The notes under the pieces were generated by a model. The model saw only the letters and a list, made by a program, of their open reading frames with translations. It was not told the origin of the DNA and did not search any database. A stretch of 55,690 bases of DNA from Paracoccaceae bacterium (GTDB lineage: Bacteria; Pseudomonadota; Alphaproteobacteria; Rhodobacterales; Rhodobacteraceae). Below, piece by piece: positions 10,898-18,734 of the stretch (the first letter of the stretch is position 1; the number at the start of each line of letters is the position of its first letter). The DNA is taken from positions 10,414 to 66,103 of the forward strand of contig JAHELH010000001.1 of the NCBI GenBank assembly GCA_024644285.1, read 5' to 3'. Both the position numbers and the translations under genes were made by a program.

Positions 10898-12292
10898 ATG
10901 GCCAATTCCCGTTTCGACATGATCGTCATCGGAGCGGGTCCCGGCGGCTATGTCGCCGCGATCCGGGGCGCGCAGCTGGGCCTTTCCGTCGCCATCGTCG
11001 AACGCGAGCATATGGGCGGCATCTGCCTGAACTGGGGTTGCATTCCGACCAAGGCGATGCTGCGGTCGGCGGAGATGTTTCACCTGATGCAGCGGGCCGG
11101 CGAGTTCGGGCTGCGCGCCGATGGCCTTGGCTTCGATCTCGATGCGGTGGTCAAGCGCTCGCGCGGGATCGCCAAGCAGCTCAATGCCGGCGTCGCGCAT
11201 CTGATGAAGAAGAACAAGGTGCGTGTCTTCATGGGCGCCGCCTCGGTTGCCGCGCCGGGCAAGGTTCGGGTGGCGACCGGGGAGGGGACCGAGGACCTGG
11301 CCGCGCCGGCCATCGTTCTGGCCACCGGGGCGCGGGCGCGCGAATTGCCGGGGCTGGAGGCGGACGGCGATCTGGTCTGGACCTACAAGCACGCGCTGAC
11401 ACCCCCGCGCATGCCGAAAACGCTGCTGGTCATCGGCTCGGGCGCGATCGGAATAGAATTTGCGAGTTTTTACAATGCCCTGGGCGCCGATGTTACAGTA
11501 GTCGAGGTGTTGGATCGCATCTTGCCGGTCGAGGATGCCGAGATATCGGCATTGGCGAAGAAGAGCTTTCAGAAGCAGGGCATGACGATCCTCGAAGCAG
11601 CCACGGTTAAGTCGCTGGACAAGGGCGGGAAAAAGGTCACGGCGCATATCGAGACAGGCGGGAAGACCGAGACCCGGGATTTCGATACGGTCATCTCGGC
11701 CGTGGGGATCGTCGGCAACACCGGAGATCTGGGGCTGGAAGAACGGGGCGTGCGGGTAGAAAAGACGCATGTGGTGACCGACGCGCATTGCCGGACCGGG
11801 GTCGAGGGGATTTACGCCATCGGCGATCTGGCCGGTCCGCCCTGGCTGGCGCACAAGGCCAGCCACGAGGGGGTGATGGTGGCCGAGTTGATCGCGGGCG
11901 GCGCGCCGCATCCGGTGGCGCCCGAAGCCATCGCCGGGTGCACGTATTGCCAGCCGCAGATCGCCAGCGTCGGGCTGACCGAGGCACGGGCGGCAGAGCA
12001 GGGGCGCGAGGTGCGCGTCGGACGATTTCCGTTCATCGGAAACGGCAAGGCGCTGGCTCTGGGCGAGCCGGAGGGGCTGATCAAGACGGTCTTCGACGCG
12101 GCGACCGGCGAATTGCTGGGGGCGCACATGATCGGGGCCGAGGTGACGGAACTGATCCAGGGATACGTCGTGGGCCGGCAGCTAGAGACGACCGAGGCCG
12201 AACTGATGCAGACTGTGTTTCCGCATCCGACCCTGAGCGAGATGATGCACGAAAGCGTGCTGGCGGCTTACGACCGGGCGCTGCACATCTGA
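10898..12292 (+). CDS. lpdA: Dihydrolipoyl dehydrogenase
   Basis: GAGPGGY FAD-binding motif, GGICLNWGCIPTK redox disulfide, GSGAIGIEFA NAD motif and HPTLSE C-terminal motif. Confidence 0.95.
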   Translation: MANSRFDMIVIGAGPGGYVAAIRGAQLGLSVAIVEREHMGGICLNWGCIPTKAMLRSAEMFHLMQRAGEFGLRADGLGFDLDAVVKRSRGIAKQLNAGVAHLMKKNKVRVFMGAASVAAPGKVRVATGEGTEDLAAPAIVLATGARARELPGLEADGDLVWTYKHALTPPRMPKTLLVIGSGAIGIEFASFYNALGADVTVVEVLDRILPVEDAEISALAKKSFQKQGMTILEAATVKSLDKGGKKVTAHIETGGKTETRDFDTVISAVGIVGNTGDLGLEERGVRVEKTHVVTDAHCRTGVEGIYAIGDLAGPPWLAHKASHEGVMVAELIAGGAPHPVAPEAIAGCTYCQPQIASVGLTEARAAEQGREVRVGRFPFIGNGKALALGEPEGLIKTVFDAATGELLGAHMIGAEVTELIQGYVVGRQLETTEAELMQTVFPHPTLSEMMHESVLAAYDRALHI

Positions 12293-12369
12293 ACGCCCGC
12301 CGGACAGCCGACGGGGATAGCCGCCGCCAATGGCAGCGGAAAAGCAAGAAATCGTTTTCCGACGGAGCC

Positions 12370-12939
12370 TTAGCGGCCCCAGCTGCGCACCGCGCCGCAA
12401 TCCATGTGGACGAAGTTCGACTTCGAGTAACTGCCCACGCCGCCCGCCGCGCAGGCCGCGGCAGCCTTGGCCATCTGATTGACCGAGCGCGACTTCAGCC
12501 GAAGGTCGGCCGCCTGGCCTTTCAGGTGCAGCGAGTTCTTGGCGACCCCGCGTGACCGGCGCCGCAGCATCGCGTTGGTCTGCGGCGAACGGTAGCCGGA
12601 CAGCAACATGTACGGCTCGTTCACGTCGAGAAGATTGTGGGATGCCGCCATGATGTCGACCGTGCGCGCATCCATCGACTTGGACTGATCGGTGCGCCAG
12701 TCGCGCATGAAGTAGTTGATTTCCTTCAGGACCTCGGAAATGTATTCGCCCTCGATCCAGTAAATCGTGTCGATGCTTTCGCCTGTGCGGCCGGAATACA
12801 TGCGGATCCGGCGAATGTCGCCCGCTCCGCGGAGAAAGCCTGCCGCATTGGTGAAATTCGGTGCTGCGATCAGTGTCGTTGCCGCAAACGCACCCAATAG
12901 CGCACGCCTCGAAAGGCCCGTCGATTGATGTGGAGTCAT
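12370..12939 (-). CDS. DUF882 / peptidase M15A-like (MepK/YcbK-like) with Tat signal
   Basis: LSRRALLGAFAATTLIAAP twin-arginine signal, plus SGYRSPQTN, LHLKGQAAD and FVHMD metal-site motifs. Trimmed to the Met at residue 56 of the track ORF. Confidence 0.85.
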   Translation of the reverse strand: MTPHQSTGLSRRALLGAFAATTLIAAPNFTNAAGFLRGAGDIRRIRMYSGRTGESIDTIYWIEGEYISEVLKEINYFMRDWRTDQSKSMDARTVDIMAASHNLLDVNEPYMLLSGYRSPQTNAMLRRRSRGVAKNSLHLKGQAADLRLKSRSVNQMAKAAAACAAGGVGSYSKSNFVHMDCGAVRSWGR

Positions 12940-13276
12940 GTGTTGCGCGTCCCGTCCGCTCTGCCATTCGCCGCTTTTGCTAGCGGCCTCCGGTTGCTGC
13001 CTCATCCCCAGGCGCGCTTGGTTTATGGCACACACAAATCCGTTAACCAAGACTTCCGGTCCGCCATTTCCCAAGACACGCGGGAATCGGCGGAATATTG
13101 CCAAGAAATTGGTTCGGACTCCGTTAACAGACCGCGCAATTCGAGACGTATTTGAGGCGTTGCTTTCGAGGCACAGGGTACGAATTGACCGAATTGTGAT
13201 GGACAGTACAGTAAGTTAGTGCGTTAGCGTCAGTGCGGGGCCGGTGCGGGCCACCGATCAGGGAAAGGGTACGAGA

Positions 13277-14893
13277 ATGCGTTTTGTCTACCGGTTGCGG
13301 CTTGATCGGGCGGTTGTGGCGCTCGCAATTGCGCTGGCCGTCGCAATGACGACGACGCTGCCGGCGCGGGCGCAGATCACGCCTTTCATGCAGTCGGTGG
13401 CGGAAACCGCGGCCAAGGATGACGCCATCGCCGCGTTCTACCGGGCCAACGCCTACCAGCCGCTTTGGACCGGAATGGACGCGCAGGGCGCGGCGCGCCG
13501 CGCGGCGCTGTTCTCGGCCCTCAAGCAGGCCGGCGACCACGCCCTGCCGGTGGGACGCTACCAGGTGGATCGGCTGATGGCGGACTTGCGCGACATCCGA
13601 AGCGAACGCGCACTGGGCCGGGTCGAGGTCGAGTTGTCCCGCGCGTTCCTCAGATACGCCCGTGACATGCAGTCCGGCGTGCTGACCCCGAAACGGGTCG
13701 ACAGCGGCATTGTCCGCGACGTGCCGCTTCGGAACCGGACCGAGCTGCTGCAGGCCTTCGCCGCGGCCGACCCGGTGACCTTCCTGCACACGCTGCCGCC
13801 GAGATCGCCCGAATACGCCCGCCTGATGAAGGCCAAGGTGATGCTCGAGAAGCGGCTCGGGCGTGGCGGCTGGGGACCGCAGGTGCCTGCCAGGGCGCTG
13901 GAGCCGGGCGACAGCGGCAACGCGGTCGTCGCCCTTCGCAATCGGCTGATCGCGATGGGCTACATGCGGCGCAGCGCGTCCGCCAGTTACGACGCGGCGG
14001 TGGAGAAGGCCGTGCAGCAATACCAGCACGACAACGGGCTGCAGATCGATGGGGTCGCCGGGCCAGGCACCATGACCGAGATCAACAAGCAGATCGAGGA
14101 CCGCCTGCCCAGCATCATCGTGGCGATGGAGCGCGAGCGCTGGATGAACATTCCGCGCGGCAAGCGGCACGTATGGGTGAACCTCACCGATTTCACCGCC
14201 GCGATCGTGGATAACGACCAGGTCACGTTCAAGACGCGCTCGGTTATCGGCAAGAACACGTCGGACCGGCGCTCGCCGGAATTCTCCGACATGATGGAAT
14301 ACATGGAGATCAACCCGTACTGGAACGTGCCGCGGTCGATCTCGGTGAAGGAATACCTGCCGAAAATGATCGCGACCGGCGGAGGCTCGGCGCGCCACCT
14401 GCAGCTGGTCGACCGGCGCGGACGCGTGGTGAGCCGGGGCTCGGTGAACTGGAGAGCCGTCACCGCGCGCAGTTTCCCATTCGACCTGCGCCAGGCCCCC
14501 AGCCGAAGCAACGCCCTGGGATTGGTGAAGTTCATGTTCCCCAATCCTTACAACATCTATCTGCACGACACGCCTGCCAAGTCGCTGTTCCAGCGCGAGG
14601 TCCGCGACTTCTCGCACGGCTGCATCCGGCTGAACGACCCGTTCGATTTCGCGTACACGCTGCTGGCGCCGCAGACCGACAATCCGGTCGAGTTCTTCCA
14701 GAGCCGCCTGCGCACCGGTCGGAACATCCGGGTCAATCTGGAGACCCCGATTCCGGTGCATATCGTCTACCGGACCGCCTTTACCAACGCCAAGGGGCGG
14801 CTGAATTTCCGCCGCGACGTCTATGGCCGCGACGCCCGGATCTTCGACGCGCTGATCGGCGCCGGGGTGGTCTTGGGGACGTATCCCAGCTAG
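13277..14893 (+). CDS. L,D-transpeptidase, YcbB/LdtD-like, with PG-binding domain
   Basis: Signal peptide, a peptidoglycan-binding repeat (VQQYQHDNGLQIDGVAGPGT) and the YkuD catalytic motif FSHGCIRLNDP. Confidence 0.9.
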   Translation: MRFVYRLRLDRAVVALAIALAVAMTTTLPARAQITPFMQSVAETAAKDDAIAAFYRANAYQPLWTGMDAQGAARRAALFSALKQAGDHALPVGRYQVDRLMADLRDIRSERALGRVEVELSRAFLRYARDMQSGVLTPKRVDSGIVRDVPLRNRTELLQAFAAADPVTFLHTLPPRSPEYARLMKAKVMLEKRLGRGGWGPQVPARALEPGDSGNAVVALRNRLIAMGYMRRSASASYDAAVEKAVQQYQHDNGLQIDGVAGPGTMTEINKQIEDRLPSIIVAMERERWMNIPRGKRHVWVNLTDFTAAIVDNDQVTFKTRSVIGKNTSDRRSPEFSDMMEYMEINPYWNVPRSISVKEYLPKMIATGGGSARHLQLVDRRGRVVSRGSVNWRAVTARSFPFDLRQAPSRSNALGLVKFMFPNPYNIYLHDTPAKSLFQREVRDFSHGCIRLNDPFDFAYTLLAPQTDNPVEFFQSRLRTGRNIRVNLETPIPVHIVYRTAFTNAKGRLNFRRDVYGRDARIFDALIGAGVVLGTYPS

Positions 14894-14950
14894 ATCTCCG
14901 GTCACCCCGCGGCGTCGTCCTGCGCGCCGGGCGGATTTTCCGGAGGGATC

Positions 14951-16045
14951 ATGGCCGGCTATTCCATTGCAGAAATCGCCGAGGCGCTGGGTGCGCAGGT
15001 GCTCGGCGACGGCGGTCTGACCATCGACCGGGCGGCAGAGCCCGCCGATGCGGGGCCGGACGATCTGGCGCTGGCGATGGACCCGAAATATGCCGACGGT
15101 CTGGCACAGGGTCGCGCCCGCGCCGCCATCGTATGGGACGGGGCTGACTGGCAGGCCTTGGGATTGCTGGCGGCCATCGTCGTGCCGCGCCCGCGCTATG
15201 CGATGTCGGGTCTGACGCAGCTGCTGGACCCGGGGCCCGAAATCGCCCCTGGCATCCATCCCAGCGCGGTGATCCATCCGGACGCTTTCATCGGGACCGG
15301 CGCGGCCATCGGGCCGTTCGTCGTCGTCGGCCGGGGCGCGCGGATCGGGGCCAATGCCCGGATCGCCAGCCATGTCAGCATCGCCGAAGAGACGGTGATC
15401 GGTGACGATGCGCTTCTGCATGCCGGCACCCGGATCGGCGCACGCGTCCGGATCGGCGACCGGCTGATCGCCCAGCCCAGCGCGGTGATCGGCTCGGACG
15501 GGTTTTCCTTTGTCACGCCCGAGAAATCCCGTGCAGAGGCCGCGCGCGAGACCATGGGCGACGCCGGCGACGCCAAGATGCAAAGCTGGACGCGCATCCA
15601 TTCGCTGGGCTCTGTGGTGCTGGGCCACGACATCGAGGTCGGCGCGAATGCCTGCATCGACGCCGGCACGATCCGCGCCACGCGGATCGGCGACGGCACC
15701 AAGATCGACAATCAGGTGCATGTGGCGCACAACTGTATCGTCGGGCGCGACTGCCTGTTCGCGGGGCAGGTGGGGATCGCCGGATCGGTCACGATCGGCG
15801 ACAACGTGATCCTCGGCGGGCAGGTCGGCGTGGTCGACAACATCTTCATCGGCGACGGCGTCGTCGCCGGCGGCGGCACCATCATCCTGTCAAACGCGCC
15901 GGCCGGCCGTGTCTTGCTGGGATATCCGGCGGTGAAAATGGACACCCATGTCGAAACCTACAAGGCGCTGCGGCGCCTGCCGCGGCTGGCCAGGCAGGTT
16001 GCCGAGTTGCAGAAAGCGGTTTCAAAAGCCGGCACGAGCGACTAA
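14951..16045 (+). CDS. lpxD: UDP-3-O-acylglucosamine N-acyltransferase (LpxD-type)
   Basis: N-terminal UDP-binding-like domain, long hexapeptide-repeat body, GSDGFSF and IDNQVHVAHN (catalytic His) motifs, and a C-terminal helix. Carries an extra loop relative to E. coli LpxD. Confidence 0.85.
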   Translation: MAGYSIAEIAEALGAQVLGDGGLTIDRAAEPADAGPDDLALAMDPKYADGLAQGRARAAIVWDGADWQALGLLAAIVVPRPRYAMSGLTQLLDPGPEIAPGIHPSAVIHPDAFIGTGAAIGPFVVVGRGARIGANARIASHVSIAEETVIGDDALLHAGTRIGARVRIGDRLIAQPSAVIGSDGFSFVTPEKSRAEAARETMGDAGDAKMQSWTRIHSLGSVVLGHDIEVGANACIDAGTIRATRIGDGTKIDNQVHVAHNCIVGRDCLFAGQVGIAGSVTIGDNVILGGQVGVVDNIFIGDGVVAGGGTIILSNAPAGRVLLGYPAVKMDTHVETYKALRRLPRLARQVAELQKAVSKAGTSD

Positions 16046-16074
16046 ATCACGCGCAAAGCTGGCGCGAGAGACCG

Positions 16075-16341
16075 ATGCCTGACGACGTGCAAGACAAGGT
16101 AATCCGGATTCTGGCCGACCAGGCCATGCTGGAGCCCGAGGATATCGAGATGAACCAGGCGCCGGCCGATCTGGGCATCGACTCTCTGGGCCTGGTCGAG
16201 GCGATCTTTTCGATCGAGGAGACCTTTGACGTCTCGGTCCCGTTCAACGCCAACGAACCCGAAAAGAGCGAGTTCGACATCTCGACCGTCGCCGCCATAG
16301 TCGATGCGGTCCGTGACCTCGTGAGACAGCAGAAGGCATGA
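16075..16341 (+). CDS. Acyl carrier protein (dedicated, NodF-like)
   Basis: 88 aa, acidic, with the LGIDSLGLVE phosphopantetheine attachment motif. Starts 29 nt after lpxD. Confidence 0.85.
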   Translation: MPDDVQDKVIRILADQAMLEPEDIEMNQAPADLGIDSLGLVEAIFSIEETFDVSVPFNANEPEKSEFDISTVAAIVDAVRDLVRQQKA

Positions 16342-17552
16342 AGCGCGTCGTCATTACCGGCGCGGGCACGATCAATGCGCTGGGTCACAACGCTGCCGAC
16401 ACGCTGGAGGCGATGCGCGAGGGCCGCTGCGGCATCGGCGAGCTAGACATCCGCGACGTCGACCGGCTGGCGGTGCGCATCGGCGGCCAGGTGAAGGGTT
16501 ACGACGAGCACGCCCATTTCAACCGGCAGCAAATCGCGCTTTACGACCGTTTCACGCAGTTCGCGCTGATGAGCGCGCGCGAGGCGATCGGGCAGTCGGG
16601 CCTGAGCTTCGAGGGCGCGCTTGCGGCGCGCTCGGGCGTGGTGCTGGGAACCTCCGGCGGGGGTCTCACCACCCAGGACGAAAATTACCGGGCGGTCTAT
16701 GAAGAGGGCAAGAACCGGGTGCATCCCTTCGTGGTGCCGAAGCTGATGAACAACGCGGCGGCCAGCCACGTGTCGATGCAGTGGAACCTCAAGGGACCGT
16801 CCTTCACCGTGGCCACAGCCTGCGCCTCGTCGAACCACGCGATGGGGCAGGCCTTCATGCTGATCCGGTCCGGCATGGCCGACGTGATGATCACTGGCGG
16901 CTCGGAATCGATGTTGTGCTTCGGCGGTGTCAAGGCGTGGGAAGGCCTGCGCGTGATGTCCAAGGACGCCTGCCGCCCGTTCTCGGCCACCCGCAATGGC
17001 ATGGTGCAGGGCGAAGGCGCCGGGGCGTTCGTCTTCGAGGAATACGGCCATGCCAAGGCGCGCGGCGCCGAGATCCTGGCCGAGGTGGCGGGCTTCGCGA
17101 TGACTTCGGACGCCGCCGATATCGTCATGCCATCGAAACAGGGCGCGGCGCGCGCGATCCTGGGCGCGATGCAGGACGGCCGTATCGCGCCTGACAAGGT
17201 CGGCTACATCAACGCCCACGGCACCGGGACGGCGGCCAACGACAAGACCGAATGCGCCGCCGTGGCGGATGCGTTCGGCGCCCATGCCGACAACCTGATG
17301 ATCTCGTCCACCAAGTCGATGCACGGGCATCTGATCGGCGGCACCGGCGCGGTGGAACTGCTGGCCTGCATCATGGCGGTGCGCGACGGCGTCATCGCGC
17401 CCACCATCGGGTACGAGGAGCACGACCCGGAATGCGCGCTGGATGTCGTGCCGAACGAGGCGCGCGAAGCCAGGGTGCAATACGCGCTGTCGAACGCCTT
17501 CGCCTTCGGCGGCCTCAACGCGGTTCTGGCGCTGAAACGCCACGCCGGCTGA
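16338..17552 (+). CDS. Beta-ketoacyl-ACP synthase (KAS I/II class, NodE-like)
   Basis: ATACASS active-site Cys, NAHGTGT and SMHGHLIGG His motifs, and a CRPFSATRNGMVQGEGAG segment resembling NodE. ATGA start/stop overlap with the ACP gene. Confidence 0.9.
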   Translation: MKRVVITGAGTINALGHNAADTLEAMREGRCGIGELDIRDVDRLAVRIGGQVKGYDEHAHFNRQQIALYDRFTQFALMSAREAIGQSGLSFEGALAARSGVVLGTSGGGLTTQDENYRAVYEEGKNRVHPFVVPKLMNNAAASHVSMQWNLKGPSFTVATACASSNHAMGQAFMLIRSGMADVMITGGSESMLCFGGVKAWEGLRVMSKDACRPFSATRNGMVQGEGAGAFVFEEYGHAKARGAEILAEVAGFAMTSDAADIVMPSKQGAARAILGAMQDGRIAPDKVGYINAHGTGTAANDKTECAAVADAFGAHADNLMISSTKSMHGHLIGGTGAVELLACIMAVRDGVIAPTIGYEEHDPECALDVVPNEAREARVQYALSNAFAFGGLNAVLALKRHAG

Positions 17553-17597
17553 ACCTCTGGACGGCGGCAACGCCGGCCCGCTTGCACAATGCAAGAC

Positions 17598-17618
17598 GCC
17601 ACCGCCGGGGGCGGTGGC
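17598..17618. terminator. GC-rich hairpin between convergent KAS and ialB genes
   Basis: GCCACCGCC-GGG-GGCGGTGGC is a perfect 9-bp stem. There is no clear U tract. A second small palindrome, CTTGCACAATGCAAG, lies at 17581-17595. Confidence 0.35.
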
Positions 17619-17643
17619 ATGGTCGCAAGTCTGCCGTCCGGTC

Positions 17644-18288
17644 CTACTGAGTCAGGCGCGCCGCGGCCGCGTCGAAGGCGGCGGTGAACCCCTTCAGCGA
17701 CACGTTCAGATTGACCTTTTGGTCGGGGGCGGCGACGGGCACGATCGTCAGGGTGGCGCTTGCGCCGCGCTTGAAAATTGCGATGTCGGCGTCTGCAAAT
17801 CCGAGCCGGGCGAAGCAACCGACCTCGGAACACCAGCTGAACGGGTACTTCTTCGGCTGGCTGCCGTCGACAGACATCGCCAGCGCCTGGGTCAGCAGCG
17901 TCTCCAGCGGCGTGATCACCGTCGCGCCGGCGGCGGCTTCCTGATCCTCGGGAAGCGGGAAGATGTTGATCTCGGCCACCGGGTTTCCGTTGCCGTCGTC
18001 GAGCAACTGATAAAGCTGGCAGGGATCGACCTCGGCCTCGGACTTGATGCAGCGCAGTTCCCAGTCGTCGAACGTGGACTCGATGTAGACCGCGCCCAGG
18101 CCAGGACCTTCTGCAGCTTCCTCGCCCATGTTCAGCTCGAGAGCATTCGGCGTCTCTTCCGCCGCTTCCTCGGCGGCAGCCGCTTCGCCGCCCTCGGCCG
18201 GCTCTGCCGTTTCCGAGCTTTGCGCGAAGGCCGTGCCGGACATGGCGAGAAGGGCCGCGAATGGAAGCGTTCTGATCAGCATGTTCAT
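17644..18288 (-). CDS. Invasion-associated locus B (IalB) family periplasmic protein
   Basis: Signal peptide MNMLIRTLPFAALLAMSGTAFAQ. WELRC and WCSEVGCFA Cys-containing motifs are typical of IalB. Trimmed to the Met at residue 19. Confidence 0.85.
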   Translation of the reverse strand: MNMLIRTLPFAALLAMSGTAFAQSSETAEPAEGGEAAAAEEAAEETPNALELNMGEEAAEGPGLGAVYIESTFDDWELRCIKSEAEVDPCQLYQLLDDGNGNPVAEINIFPLPEDQEAAAGATVITPLETLLTQALAMSVDGSQPKKYPFSWCSEVGCFARLGFADADIAIFKRGASATLTIVPVAAPDQKVNLNVSLKGFTAAFDAAAARLTQ

Positions 18289-18436
18289 GGAATTCCCGTC
18301 GCTCGATGATTTTACGTTACCGAGTGATCTACCATGAGCCATAGGCGGTGTCAGGCCAGAAAAAACCCGTCGGCGATCCCGGTTCGCTTCCGTTGAAGGG
18401 GCTGCGCGAACCCTTGCCCATACCCTGCGGATCGGG

Positions 18437-18507
18437 AAAGAAAAAAGGGGACCGAAAGGCCCCCTTCTTGTATTTCGCTCCCTGCCGGACTGGCCGACTT
18501 ATTCATT
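18437..18507 (-). ncRNA. Candidate small RNA (about 70 nt)
   Basis: Bounded by a TTGACG-17 nt-TAACTT promoter-like element (18514-18542) and a GGGGGCC-UUUC-GGUCCCC hairpin followed by UUUUUUCUUU (18437-18464). The only in-frame reading runs through the terminator. Confidence 0.3.
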
Positions 18508-18513
18508 GCGCGC

Positions 18514-18542
18514 AAGTTACGGTCTCCGACAGGGGGCGTCAA
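18514..18542 (-). promoter_or_regulatory. Sigma-70-like promoter (TTGACG N17 TAACTT)
   Basis: -35 at 18537-18542 and -10 at 18514-18519 on the minus strand, with exactly 17 nt between them. Confidence 0.35.
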
Positions 18543-18575
18543 CCGGAAACTGCGACCAATATCGGCTGCCCGAAT

Positions 18576-18603
18576 CGAAAAAGAACCGCGCCAAAAGGCG
18601 CGG
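18576..18603 (-). terminator. Rho-independent terminator-like hairpin
   Basis: Minus strand CCGCGCC-UUUU-GGCGCGG (perfect 7 bp) followed by UUCUUUUUCGAUUC. No annotated minus-strand gene lies upstream of it. Confidence 0.4.
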
Positions 18604-18734
18604 CCAGTCAAACAGGGAGGAAGCCCGCAAGAGGCGCCAAATCCCACAAGACACCTGCGAGCGCGTTCCGGTCTAGCAGAGTCGGATTAACAATGTATTT
18701 TGGCCTCGAACGGTGCGCAGGGGACGACAACGAC

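Noticed and set aside
12337-12361. CGGAAAA...TTTTCCG hairpin between the convergent lpdA and DUF882 genes as a terminator.
   Set aside because: It has a 7-bp AT-rich stem, an 11-nt loop and no flanking U tract. This is too weak to call.
13124-15730. 868-aa minus-strand ORF. Similar very long ORFs occur at 991-2793, 4502-6292, 10883-12127, 41646-43679, 50733-52136 and 52633-53919.
   Set aside because: They run antisense to, or out of frame with, genes that have clear family motifs. They are Arg/Gly/Pro/Ala/His-rich with no recognisable domains. Stop-poor alternative frames are expected in a genome of about two-thirds G+C.
18470-18500. GGCCAGUCCGGCAGGGAGCG within the sRNA candidate resembling the SRP (4.5S) RNA domain IV motif.
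   Set aside because: The tetraloop would be GGCA, which is not GNRA. The flanking symmetric and asymmetric loop nucleotides and the long 5-prime/3-prime closing helix of SRP RNA are missing.
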